Shown here piece after piece: positions 9,654-18,268 of a DNA stretch of 64,000 nt (position 1 is the stretch's first letter; each line of letters begins with the position of its first letter). The notes under the pieces were generated by a model. The model saw only the letters and a program-made list of their open reading frames with translations, was not told the DNA's origin and made no database searches. Location of the stretch: NCBI GenBank assembly GCA_041660165.1, contig JBAZWW010000002.1:132074-196073 (forward strand), written 5' to 3'. Position numbers and translations under genes: made by a program. The DNA comes from Patescibacteria group bacterium (GTDB lineage Bacteria; Patescibacteriota; Patescibacteriia; UBA9934).

Positions 9654-11567
9654 ATGGCTTTTAACATTGATGAACTGAAAAAACAGCAGACCGTAGCTCC
9701 CATCAGGAGCGAGCGGAAACTTTCCTCTGCGGAAATGAGATCCCAGGAAGAGCGGGCCACGCTTGAAGAAGAGCGCTCGTTCAGGAGAGGCACCGTGTCC
9801 GTTCGTGATCTTATTGCGCCGGCGGCCTTTGAAGTCCAGCCCACGCATTTGGTACTTGGCGATAGATTTGTCCGCACGCTTTTTGTGACTACTTATCCGC
9901 GCTACGTTGGTATTGGCTGGGGCGCGCCGGTTATTAACTTCAAAGGAACAATTGATATCGGGATGTTTGTGTATCCCGTGAAGTCAGAGGTGATCTTGAA
10001 GCAGTTGCGTGATAAAGTGGGACAGATTGAAGCGCAGATTGTGTCTGATAATGAATCCGGACGGCCTCGCGACCCAATTCAAGAAACGGCGCTCCGCGAC
10101 GTTGAGCAACTGCGCGATGACCTTACACAGGGCATTGAGCACTTTTTCCAATTTGCGTTTTATGTGACGCTCTACGCGTCAAGCAAGGTAGACCTTGATA
10201 AGCGGACAGAGGAAGTTGAGGCGATCTTTGGCGGAAAACTTATCTACAGCAAACGCGGGCTGTACCAGGCCGAGCAGGGCTTTAACTCCACGCTTCCTTT
10301 GTGTAATGACGAGCTGATGGTTACGTTCAACATGAACACTAGCCCCATCGCTAGTTCATTCCCATTTATTTCTTCCGATGTTTCAAGCGATAACGGCATT
10401 TTGTACGGCATCAACCGCCATAACAACTCGCTCATTTTGTTCGACCGCTTCTCATTGCAAAATGCGAATGCCGTGGTCTTTGCTACGTCTGGCGCAGGAA
10501 AAAGCTATGCGGTGAAGCTGGAAATCCTGCGTTCCATGATGATGGGCACGGATGTCATTGTTATTGACCCGGAAATGGAATACCGCCAGCTGTCTGATGC
10601 CGTGGGCGGGACGTACGTGAACGTTTCGCTGGCGTCTGAGGCGAAGATCAATCCCTTTGATCTGCCCAGGCCAAAGGGCGAGGAATCTTCCGTTGAGGAC
10701 ATTTTGCGTAGCGCCGTCATTACGATTAAGGGTTTGCTCCGCATCATGATTGGTAAACCCATGGGGGAGAAGTCAGTCCTTGGCTTCACGCCGGAAGAGG
10801 ATAGTTTGCTTGATCGAGCCCTTCTTGAAACGTACGCCAAGAAAGACATCACGCCTGATTTGCCAAGTTTGGCGGAGATTACCGATTATCCTATTCTGAA
10901 TGATCTGTTGGAAATTCTTGAGGGCATGCAGGGCGGTGAGAATTTGGTTGCTCGTCTGACAAAGTTTACAACGGGAACATTTTCCGGATTACTCAACTCA
11001 CCAACTACGGTGGAGATGCGCAATCAGCTGGTCATTTTTTCTGTGCGGGATCTTGAGGACGAATTGCGCGCCATGGCCATCTACACCATCGTCAACTACA
11101 TCTGGAACGTGGTGCGTTCAGAGCGGAAGAAGCGTTTGCTGACCATTGATGAAGCGTGGTGGCTCATGCAGAATGAGGACAGCGCCAAGTTCATTTTCGC
11201 CCTTGTGAAGCGCGCCCGCAAGTATTATCTTGGCGTGACCACCATCACGCAGGACGTGAATGACTTTTTGTCGAGTTCGTACGGCCAGGCGATTGTGACC
11301 AACTCCCAACTGCAGATTCTCATGAAGCAGTCATCGGCCGGCGTGGACGTAATTGCCAAGACGTTTAACCTGACGCAAAGCGAAAAATATCTGTTGCTTG
11401 AAGCCGGCGTGGGCGAGGGCATCTTCTTTGCCGGCCAGAAGCACGCGGCCATCAAGATTGTTGCTTCATACACGGAAGATCAAATCATTACCACGAATCC
11501 TGAGCAGTTACTTCAAATTGAGCGCGCCAAGGAAGAATTCCAGAAGTCCTTACAGCCACCCAAGTAA
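9654..11567 (+). CDS. VirB4/TraE-family conjugal-transfer-type ATPase, C-terminal ATPase part (637 aa)
   Basis: Walker A ATSGAGKSY, Walker B-like DVIVIDPE and LLTIDEAWWL, and the YPRYVGIGW region typical of VirB4. Confidence 0.75.
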   Translation: MAFNIDELKKQQTVAPIRSERKLSSAEMRSQEERATLEEERSFRRGTVSVRDLIAPAAFEVQPTHLVLGDRFVRTLFVTTYPRYVGIGWGAPVINFKGTIDIGMFVYPVKSEVILKQLRDKVGQIEAQIVSDNESGRPRDPIQETALRDVEQLRDDLTQGIEHFFQFAFYVTLYASSKVDLDKRTEEVEAIFGGKLIYSKRGLYQAEQGFNSTLPLCNDELMVTFNMNTSPIASSFPFISSDVSSDNGILYGINRHNNSLILFDRFSLQNANAVVFATSGAGKSYAVKLEILRSMMMGTDVIVIDPEMEYRQLSDAVGGTYVNVSLASEAKINPFDLPRPKGEESSVEDILRSAVITIKGLLRIMIGKPMGEKSVLGFTPEEDSLLDRALLETYAKKDITPDLPSLAEITDYPILNDLLEILEGMQGGENLVARLTKFTTGTFSGLLNSPTTVEMRNQLVIFSVRDLEDELRAMAIYTIVNYIWNVVRSERKKRLLTIDEAWWLMQNEDSAKFIFALVKRARKYYLGVTTITQDVNDFLSSSYGQAIVTNSQLQILMKQSSAGVDVIAKTFNLTQSEKYLLLEAGVGEGIFFAGQKHAAIKIVASYTEDQIITTNPEQLLQIERAKEEFQKSLQPPK

Positions 11568-11570
11568 GCT

Positions 11571-12128
11571 ATGAATAAGAAAGTGGAAATTGGGATTGCG
11601 GTTGGCATACTCGTCCTTCTGCTGATTGTGCTGGCGGTGCTTTTGCGCGCCAAACCGAATACGGTTAGCACGAAACCCGTGCAGGAGCAGATTCCAAACG
11701 CACAAACTAATCCCGGCAGTGTGCCGGTTGTTCCCGTGGTGGTCGCTCCCCCAGAACCGGCCGGACCGCAGACCACGGCCAGCATTTTTGTGGCCAGATT
11801 TGCCAGCTATTCATCTGAATCCGATTTTTCTAACGTGGCTGACGTGCTGGTTCTGGCGACTAAAACATTTCAGGCAAAACTGCAGGGCATTGCCCAGGAT
11901 CAGCGGACGCGAGATCTTTCCACCGCGTATTACGGCCTCTCCACAAAGGTAATTGGCAGTTCAGTTGTTCAAGAGGCAGAAACTTCTGCAGAGATCAAGC
12001 TTATGACCCAACAACAGGTATCTGTTGGCAGTCCGGGCAATACTACGGTGCAGTATAAGAACATTACTGTTGATCTGGTTAAAGAAGGAGATACATGGAA
12101 AGTGAACGGCTTTGCTTGGGAGAGCTAA
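11571..12128 (+). CDS. N-terminally anchored protein, possibly VirB8/PrgL-like with an NTF2-like domain
   Basis: Single N-terminal TM helix, a Pro-rich linker, and a ~130-aa C-terminal domain ending in ...EGDTWKVNGFAWES. The position after VirB4 matches prgL/virB8. Confidence 0.3.
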   Translation: MNKKVEIGIAVGILVLLLIVLAVLLRAKPNTVSTKPVQEQIPNAQTNPGSVPVVPVVVAPPEPAGPQTTASIFVARFASYSSESDFSNVADVLVLATKTFQAKLQGIAQDQRTRDLSTAYYGLSTKVIGSSVVQEAETSAEIKLMTQQQVSVGSPGNTTVQYKNITVDLVKEGDTWKVNGFAWES

Positions 12129-12736
12129 CCAGCTGGTTTTTAAACGCGGTCTTCCCGCGTTTTTGTCTGTCCTGCAAAACGGAAGGCGCTCTGCTTTGTC
12201 CGGCCTGTTTGCGTGCTTTTGATGATCGAGTATTCAGGGAGACTGACGGCCACCTGGCCCTCTTTGCGTACGGCAATCCGGCGATCCGAAATCTCATCCG
12301 CGCTTGGAAGTATGACTTTGATCAATCGGGATTCTCGACGCTCATGAAATTAGCTGAGCCAGGACACTCGACCATCAGAACTTTTATAGATAAGGCAGTG
12401 ATTATCCCGATACCATTATCTGATCTTCGAACAAGAGAGAGGGGCTTCAATCAGGCGGTCGTGCTTGGCGAGTGGGTTGCTGAGGTTTCGGGAAGTGAAA
12501 TGAGGGAGCTTTTAAAAAGGGGAGAAGCGAAGGGACACCAAGCTGAAAGAACTGAGGAGGAGAGAAAAAGAGCCATGGAGAAGAGTCCGTTCCTTTTAAA
12601 GGGGGGGAAGGTGCCAGAAAAGATTGTACTTGTTGATGATGTGTGGACAACAGGGTCAACCATGAGAGCGGCGGAGAGAACTTTGAAGGAAGGGGGAGTA
12701 AAAGAGGTGAAGTTTTTGACTATCGCGAAGGGGTAG
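12095..12736 (+). CDS. comFC: ComF-family phosphoribosyltransferase (ComFC)
   Basis: N-terminal CxxC...CxxC zinc finger (FCLSCKTEGALLCPAC) and the C-terminal PRTase motif KIVLVDDVWTTGSTM. The start is uncertain because it overlaps the previous gene. Confidence 0.8.
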   Translation: MESERLCLGELTSWFLNAVFPRFCLSCKTEGALLCPACLRAFDDRVFRETDGHLALFAYGNPAIRNLIRAWKYDFDQSGFSTLMKLAEPGHSTIRTFIDKAVIIPIPLSDLRTRERGFNQAVVLGEWVAEVSGSEMRELLKRGEAKGHQAERTEEERKRAMEKSPFLLKGGKVPEKIVLVDDVWTTGSTMRAAERTLKEGGVKEVKFLTIAKG

Positions 12737-12769
12737 GGTTCTCTGTTATGAACATGCTCATTTGCTAAA

Positions 12770-12782
12770 GCTACAATGTAGC
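12770..12782. promoter_or_regulatory. Perfect palindrome GCTACA-A-TGTAGC 17 nt upstream of the Fur-family regulator gene (candidate autoregulatory operator)
   Basis: Read from the sequence; an imperfect palindrome ATGAACATGCTCAT also lies about 20 nt further upstream. Confidence 0.3.
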
Positions 12783-12798
12783 GTTAGTATAGAAGGGT

Positions 12799-13242
12799 AT
12801 GCGCAAGATGACAGATGCCAGCGAGTACCTCATTGCGGAAATGCAGGATGAAGGGCACAGGGTGCGCCCTCTTAGGCGAGGCTTGGTTGAGATCTTCGCA
12901 ATGAGAAGGAGCCCCCTTACTTTAAAAGAAATTCAGGACATTCTTGGAAAGAAAAGAATTGTTCATCATCGAGTATCTCTGCACAGGGAACTGCGTTTTC
13001 TGCTTTCCTGGCACATTATTGCTCCAGTTACCTTTGCGGATGGATCTACGAGGTACGAATCTAATACACATGGTCATCACCACCATCTTATCTGCACTGG
13101 CTGTTCCGAGGTGGTGGATATCGAGATACCGGAAGGTGATCTTATAAAGATGGGTACAAAATTCGCTGACGAGCACTCCTTTTCTATAAATGAACATTCT
13201 TTAGAATTCTTCGGCCTATGCAAAAAGTGCAAGCGTTCCTAA
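12799..13242 (+). CDS. Fur-family metalloregulator, Zur-like by genomic context
   Basis: HHHHLICTGC and a C-terminal CKKCK metal-binding motif; lies immediately upstream of a metal ABC transporter. Confidence 0.75.
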   Translation: MRKMTDASEYLIAEMQDEGHRVRPLRRGLVEIFAMRRSPLTLKEIQDILGKKRIVHHRVSLHRELRFLLSWHIIAPVTFADGSTRYESNTHGHHHHLICTGCSEVVDIEIPEGDLIKMGTKFADEHSFSINEHSLEFFGLCKKCKRS

Positions 13243-14123
13243 TTGGCGGGGCGGTTATTGCGTGCGTGGCTATTGGCGTTGTTTGGCGCTGGCGGTCTTT
13301 GCCGAGCGTGCCGGCTGTTGCGGATAGCCGGTTATCCGTGGTGGCTACGTTTTATCCGTTGGCCGAGTTTGCCAAGCAGGTGGGGGGCGAGGATATTCAA
13401 CTAGAGCAGATGGTGCCAGACGGCGTAGAGCCTCATGAGTATGAGCCAACCAGCAAGCAGATCGCTTCGGCGAGTTCAGCTGACGTTTTTATCATGAACG
13501 GCGGGGGAGTAGACGCTTGGGCGGATGACGTGGCGGCCTCAGTGCGAGAGCATGGCGGGCTGGTTTTGAAAATGACGGAGGTTATTGAGACGAATCTGAA
13601 TGATCCGCATATCTGGCTTGATCCAAGCAAGGCCAAGGCCATGGTTGGCGAACTTGAAGGCCCGTTTATTTCGAGGGATGGGGATCATCGAGACGCCTAC
13701 GCTTTACGCTCGAAAGACTATCTGACAAAGCTTGATATGCTCGATGTAAGTTATTCGTCAGGCCTGGCAAAGTGTAGTTTGCGAGAGATCATTGTCTCGC
13801 ATGATGCGTTCGGCTACCTTGGCGCGCGGTATACTTTCATTGTCCACGCCATTCTCGGGCTTTCGCCGGAGGCCGAACCGTCCGTGAAAGCCATCGCAGA
13901 TTTGACCGAGTTGGCAAAACGATCGCATATCACCACGATCTTTTTTGAAACCCTCGTCTCACCCAAGCTGGCGCAAACCCTTGCCGGCGAGGTTGGAGCA
14001 AGGGCCGAGGTGTTGAATCCGGTTGAGGGATTAACCGCCGAGGAAAGAACAGCCGGAAAAGATTACCTTGACCTCATGAATGATAATTTGCTCGCCCTAA
14101 AAACCGCCATGCTGTGCCAGTAG
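13218..14123 (+). CDS. Metal ABC transporter substrate-binding protein (ZnuA/TroA family)
   Basis: N-terminal signal anchor and VVATFYPLAEFAKQVGG typical of cluster-9 solute-binding proteins. Confidence 0.8.
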   Translation: MQKVQAFLIGGAVIACVAIGVVWRWRSLPSVPAVADSRLSVVATFYPLAEFAKQVGGEDIQLEQMVPDGVEPHEYEPTSKQIASASSADVFIMNGGGVDAWADDVAASVREHGGLVLKMTEVIETNLNDPHIWLDPSKAKAMVGELEGPFISRDGDHRDAYALRSKDYLTKLDMLDVSYSSGLAKCSLREIIVSHDAFGYLGARYTFIVHAILGLSPEAEPSVKAIADLTELAKRSHITTIFFETLVSPKLAQTLAGEVGARAEVLNPVEGLTAEERTAGKDYLDLMNDNLLALKTAMLCQ

Positions 14124-14830
14124 AAAAAACAAAAATAGTGTACTCGCTTAAAGATGTTGGCTTCTCCTATGGGGAGAATGTTGTGCTTGACGGCGTCACG
14201 GCTGATATTCATGAAGGGGATTACTTGGGGATCATCGGCCCGAACGGGGGAGGCAAAACCACCATTTTGAAAATATTACTCGGGTTGCTTTCACCAAGTG
14301 AAGGCTCGGTCGAGTTGTTCGGCAAGTCCATTGCCCGCAATCAAGAGCGTGCCAGGGTGGGCTACGTTCCCCAGCGCGCTAATGCGGTGGGCGAGCATTT
14401 TCCAGCCACAGTTTTTGAAATTATTGAAAGCGGTCAGACGCCAATCTTAAAGAACGCTCGAACGCTAAAGCGAGCCATTGAAGCCGCCGGCGTGAAACAT
14501 TTGCTCGGTCGTCTCATCGGTTCGCTCTCAGGCGGGGAACGTCAGCGCGTGCTCATTGCCCGCGCCCTGGCGTGCGACCCGAAGGTGCTCATACTCGACG
14601 AGCCAACCAGTGCAGTTGATGCCAAAGGCCAGGAAAAGTTTTACGAATTCATTCATGAGATTAGGGAGAAACTTCATTTGACGGTGATCCTTGTTTCTCA
14701 CGACATGGACATTGTGGCCCATGAAGTGGACACCGTCTTGTGCTTGAATCGCCATCTGATTTGCCATGGTCCGGCGGAAGAAATTATGCATCATCCCCAT
14801 CTTATCCACGGCCATAAACCCGTTAAATAA
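14114..14830 (+). CDS. Metal ABC transporter ATP-binding protein (ZnuC-like)
   Basis: Walker A GPNGGGKTT, ABC signature LSGGERQRV, Walker B ILDEPTSAVD. Confidence 0.85.
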   Translation: MPVEKTKIVYSLKDVGFSYGENVVLDGVTADIHEGDYLGIIGPNGGGKTTILKILLGLLSPSEGSVELFGKSIARNQERARVGYVPQRANAVGEHFPATVFEIIESGQTPILKNARTLKRAIEAAGVKHLLGRLIGSLSGGERQRVLIARALACDPKVLILDEPTSAVDAKGQEKFYEFIHEIREKLHLTVILVSHDMDIVAHEVDTVLCLNRHLICHGPAEEIMHHPHLIHGHKPVK

Positions 14831-14831
14831 T

Positions 14832-15938
14832 ATGCGCAAATTTCTGCTTGCCCTGGTTTTGCTGACTGCGCTCACGGTTCCCTTTGTTGCTTTTGCGGGG
14901 AATAATTCAGTGTATGTGCGCGGAAAAGTACTGGATATTATTGCTGAAGGAGAACGCGATTTGGGCGATGGGAGTATCGACAGATATCAGACAGTATCGG
15001 TTGAGTTCCTGAGCGGAACAGAGGCGAAAAAAGTGGTGACGATTGAGTTTACCGCTATGAAGCCGGGGTTTGAGCAGAAAAAGCTATACAAAGGGGAGAC
15101 GATTGTGGTTGGACAGACAGATGATGTGCGGGGGAGAACATATTATGTGCAGGACGCATTTCGTTTGCCGATTGTGGCCGTGTTCCTCATCCTCTTTTTT
15201 GTCCTTGCGACCGTCTTCGGCCGGGGCCAGGGCGCGCGTTCAGTTTTAGGCCTGGGCGTCAGTTTGTTGATTCTCATGGTCTTTGTGGTCCCGCGTATTT
15301 TTGCTGGCGAGAGCCCGCTTCTTATTTGTGCCATCGGCTCATCTATCATTGCGGTTGTTTCTATTTTATTAGCTCACGGTTTGCACCGGCGGAGTTTTGT
15401 GGCCCTGCTGGCTACGCTTTTGGCTCTGGTGATGGCCTTCATTTTTGCTTCTCTAGCTGTTCACTTTACTACTCTTTCTGGCAGTGGAACTGAGGAGGCG
15501 GTGTTTTTACAGCTCAATTATCTCTCCGGTATTGATCTGCGGGGACTATTGCTTGGCGGTATGGTTATTGGCGCTCTTGGCGTGCTTGATGACGTTACAA
15601 CTGCTCAGGTGGCGGCCATTGAAGAGATTCATAATGCCGATGCATCGCTTGATGCGCGCGAGCTTTACGCGCGGGGTTCATCCGTTGGCCGTGAACACAT
15701 CGCCTCGCTCGTGAACACGCTAGCGCTCGCGTACGTGGGGGCTTCATTTCCCATCTTTCTGCTTTTTTCAGCGCCGGATAATCCACCGCTGTGGGTTCTC
15801 TTAAACAGCGAGCAGATCATGGAAGAAGCTGTTCGAGCACTCGTGGGAGGCTCCGCGCTCATCCTGGCCGTTCCTATTTCAACAGCCTTTGCCGCCTTTA
15901 TCTTCTCGCGTCTGCCAGCCAAGAAAAAATATGTTTGA
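14832..15938 (+). CDS. YibE/F-family integral membrane protein, inserted inside the metal transporter operon
   Basis: Signal peptide MRKFLLALVLLTALTVPFVAFA followed by about seven TM helices. The ORF track start at 14766 overlaps znuC, so an internal Met is used here. Confidence 0.55.
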   Translation: MRKFLLALVLLTALTVPFVAFAGNNSVYVRGKVLDIIAEGERDLGDGSIDRYQTVSVEFLSGTEAKKVVTIEFTAMKPGFEQKKLYKGETIVVGQTDDVRGRTYYVQDAFRLPIVAVFLILFFVLATVFGRGQGARSVLGLGVSLLILMVFVVPRIFAGESPLLICAIGSSIIAVVSILLAHGLHRRSFVALLATLLALVMAFIFASLAVHFTTLSGSGTEEAVFLQLNYLSGIDLRGLLLGGMVIGALGVLDDVTTAQVAAIEEIHNADASLDARELYARGSSVGREHIASLVNTLALAYVGASFPIFLLFSAPDNPPLWVLLNSEQIMEEAVRALVGGSALILAVPISTAFAAFIFSRLPAKKKYV

Positions 15939-16731
15939 TATTCTTCATTACGCTTTTTTTGTTCGAGCACTCCTGGCCGGACTTTGTATTGGCGCGGCCG
16001 CCCCCTTGCTTGGCATGTTCGTTACGGTTAGGCGCCAGTCCCTCATTGCCGATACGCTTGCACATGCCTCTCTGGCTGGCGTGGCCATTGGCGCCGCGCT
16101 TGGCATTGACCCGCTCCTGGCCGCCGCCGTCTGCGCCGTCTTGGCCGCGGTCGTGATCGAGCGTCTGCGCGTGAACGGCAAGCTGTCTGGCGAATCCACG
16201 CTTGCAATTGTTCTTTCGGGAAGCCTAGCGCTCGCAGTTGTCATCATGAGCGCCACGGGGAATCTTAACGCTGGCGTTATCAGTTATCTCTTTGGCGGGA
16301 TTACTACCGTAAGCCAGCTTGATCTCTACTCAATCGCTATTATTTCCGGCATCGCCGTCCTGTTTTATCTGGCTACGCACAAAGTATTATTTCTCATTGC
16401 CTTTGACGAAGACATCGCCCGCGCCCAAGGCGTTCCCGTGGATCGCTTCAGTCTGTTCCTCGCTATTTTGACCGCGGCCATTGTAGCCGTTGGCATGCGA
16501 GTAGTGGGCGTCCTGCTTGTCGGCGCTCTTATGACCGTGCCCGTACTCGCCGCCGTCCAATTTGGCCTCAGTTTCAAAAAAACCGCCGTCTTGGCCGTTC
16601 TCTTCTCTGTGCTCAGTGTTCTCATCGGCCTCTTCGCAAGTTCATACCTTGATCTGGCTGCCGGCGGAACAATCGTCCTTCTTGCCATGGGCTTTTTCCT
16701 GGCCGGACTTTTGTACAAGTCAGCAAAGTAG
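15931..16731 (+). CDS. Metal ABC transporter permease (ZnuB/ABC-3 family)
   Basis: Start taken at MFDILHYAFFVRALLAGL; multi-TM ABC-3 permease pattern. Confidence 0.8.
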   Translation: MFDILHYAFFVRALLAGLCIGAAAPLLGMFVTVRRQSLIADTLAHASLAGVAIGAALGIDPLLAAAVCAVLAAVVIERLRVNGKLSGESTLAIVLSGSLALAVVIMSATGNLNAGVISYLFGGITTVSQLDLYSIAIISGIAVLFYLATHKVLFLIAFDEDIARAQGVPVDRFSLFLAILTAAIVAVGMRVVGVLLVGALMTVPVLAAVQFGLSFKKTAVLAVLFSVLSVLIGLFASSYLDLAAGGTIVLLAMGFFLAGLLYKSAK

Positions 16732-16743
16732 TAATCACAAAAA

Positions 16744-16770
16744 CACGACCCGTAAGGGTCGCATTTTTGT
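16744..16770 (+). terminator. Intrinsic terminator after the permease gene
   Basis: cgacccgtaagggtcg hairpin followed by CATTTTTGT. Confidence 0.55.
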
Positions 16771-16918
16771 GGCGGAGGGAGAGAGATCCTAACTACGTGG
16801 GTCGCCCCACATACATTTTGTCTAATGTTAGCCAAGCCGTTTTCAGTTTTATGGCCACGACTTGCCGAGACTTTGTTAATCATATATAATCTCCCATAGT
16901 CATAGTATAAGATTATCT

Positions 16919-17971
16919 ATGGATCCACGAAGCAATCGAATCGGCAATATCCCCGAATCTGTCTGGTCCCTCATTAACCAAATCGACCATCTGAAGGGCC
17001 AATGGATCGGCGGTGCCAAACTGAACCCGCAAGCACTTGGTCGCTTGAAGCGGTCGGTTTTGGTGACATCGACTGGCGCGTCAACCCGTATCGAAGGATC
17101 GAAGCTGTCCGATGAGGATGTTGAGAAGTTCATGCGCGGTTTATCGCTACAAAAATTTACCGATCGGGATAAGCAGGAAGTGCAGGGGTACTTCGAGCTG
17201 CTCGAAAATATCTTTACCTCGTGGAAGCACATTCCGTTTACGGAGGGCGTTATCAAACAACTACACCGGGAATTATTGAAGTATGCGGACAAGGACGAGC
17301 GACATCGTGGAGAGTACAAAAAAATGGAGAACTCCGTGGAGATGTTCGATGAGTCAGGAAAGTCTGTCGGCATCATTTTTGAAACGACCCCCGCCTATCT
17401 CACGCCGAAGCGAATGGAGGAGCTCGTTGAGCGGACAGCGGGCGCGCTAAAGCAAGGCGAAAGTCATCCACTAGTCGTCATCGGAAACTTTCTTGTCGAA
17501 TTTCTTGCGATTCATCCGTTCCAAGATGGGAACGGGCGCCTTTCGCGCATTCTCACGAATTTACTACTGCTGAAGGCGGGATACGAATATGTGCCCTACG
17601 TCTCGCACGAGAAACTTGTCGAGGACAACAAGGCGGATTACTACGTCGCTCTCCGCAAGAGCCAAACTTCGCTCGGAACCGGGCGTGAGAATATCACGCC
17701 TTGGTTGGAGTTTTTTTTGACCATCTCGCTTGAACAGGCGCGACAAGCGATTGAGTTATTGTCGCACGAAAATATTGAGAAGATTCTCTCGCCCAAACAG
17801 CTCGCGGTGTGGCGGCATTTTGAACTCGTCCCTGAGGCGACTGCGGGTGATATCGCTAAGGCTACCGATGTTGCACGTCCGACCGTCTCACAAGCAATCG
17901 ATGTCTTGCTACGGTTGAAAAAGATTGAGCGTATCGGCCAAGGACGAACGACACGGTATCGGAAAGTGTAA
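16919..17971 (+). CDS. Fic-family protein (class II, with an N-terminal intramolecular inhibitory motif and a C-terminal wHTH-like tail)
   Basis: Canonical HPFQDGNGRLSR motif. An (S/T)xxxE(G/N) motif, STRIEG, is present near the N-terminus. A TTGCCG-N17-TATAAT promoter lies upstream. Confidence 0.85.
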   Translation: MDPRSNRIGNIPESVWSLINQIDHLKGQWIGGAKLNPQALGRLKRSVLVTSTGASTRIEGSKLSDEDVEKFMRGLSLQKFTDRDKQEVQGYFELLENIFTSWKHIPFTEGVIKQLHRELLKYADKDERHRGEYKKMENSVEMFDESGKSVGIIFETTPAYLTPKRMEELVERTAGALKQGESHPLVVIGNFLVEFLAIHPFQDGNGRLSRILTNLLLLKAGYEYVPYVSHEKLVEDNKADYYVALRKSQTSLGTGRENITPWLEFFLTISLEQARQAIELLSHENIEKILSPKQLAVWRHFELVPEATAGDIAKATDVARPTVSQAIDVLLRLKKIERIGQGRTTRYRKV

Positions 17972-17980
17972 AGGCTGCGT

Positions 17981-18268
17981 ATGGGCAAACCCGTCAAAGC
18001 GCTTCATGCACTGAATTGGTACTACGGAAATATTTGTAGTCGCCAATGCCCGGAAGAGAAACAGCGTGAACATTATGAGCAGATGCGAGAGATCATTAAA
18101 GACCACGAGAATTTCATGATCACACACAAGATGTTCGTCAAAGTTATGCAGGAGAAGCACTGTGTATGCGAATCGTCAAACCTCCAACAGTCGCATCGAA
18201 GCTTCTGGAAACTCGATCATTCTGGCTGTCAGGATTTCTATCGTCATCTGTATGATCTCAGCCACTGA
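17981..18268 (+). CDS. Hypothetical small Cys/His-rich protein (95 aa)
   Basis: ORF lying between the Fic and helicase genes, overlapping the helicase start by 17 nt. The coding call is uncertain. Confidence 0.25.
   Translation: MGKPVKALHALNWYYGNICSRQCPEEKQREHYEQMREIIKDHENFMITHKMFVKVMQEKHCVCESSNLQQSHRSFWKLDHSGCQDFYRHLYDLSH

Noticed and set aside
16365-16883. 172-aa minus-strand ORF overlapping znuB and the terminator
   Set aside because: It lies antisense to a well-supported ABC permease gene, has no RBS and no recognisable motifs, and is a typical shadow ORF.
17981-18268. Whether the helicase starts at 18162 as in the ORF track
   Set aside because: The first 30 codons (MYANRQTSNSRIEASGNSIILAVRISIVIC) look non-protein-like. 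The internal Met at 18252 gives an N-terminus that leads directly into the AEP domain. The start was moved, but this is not certain.
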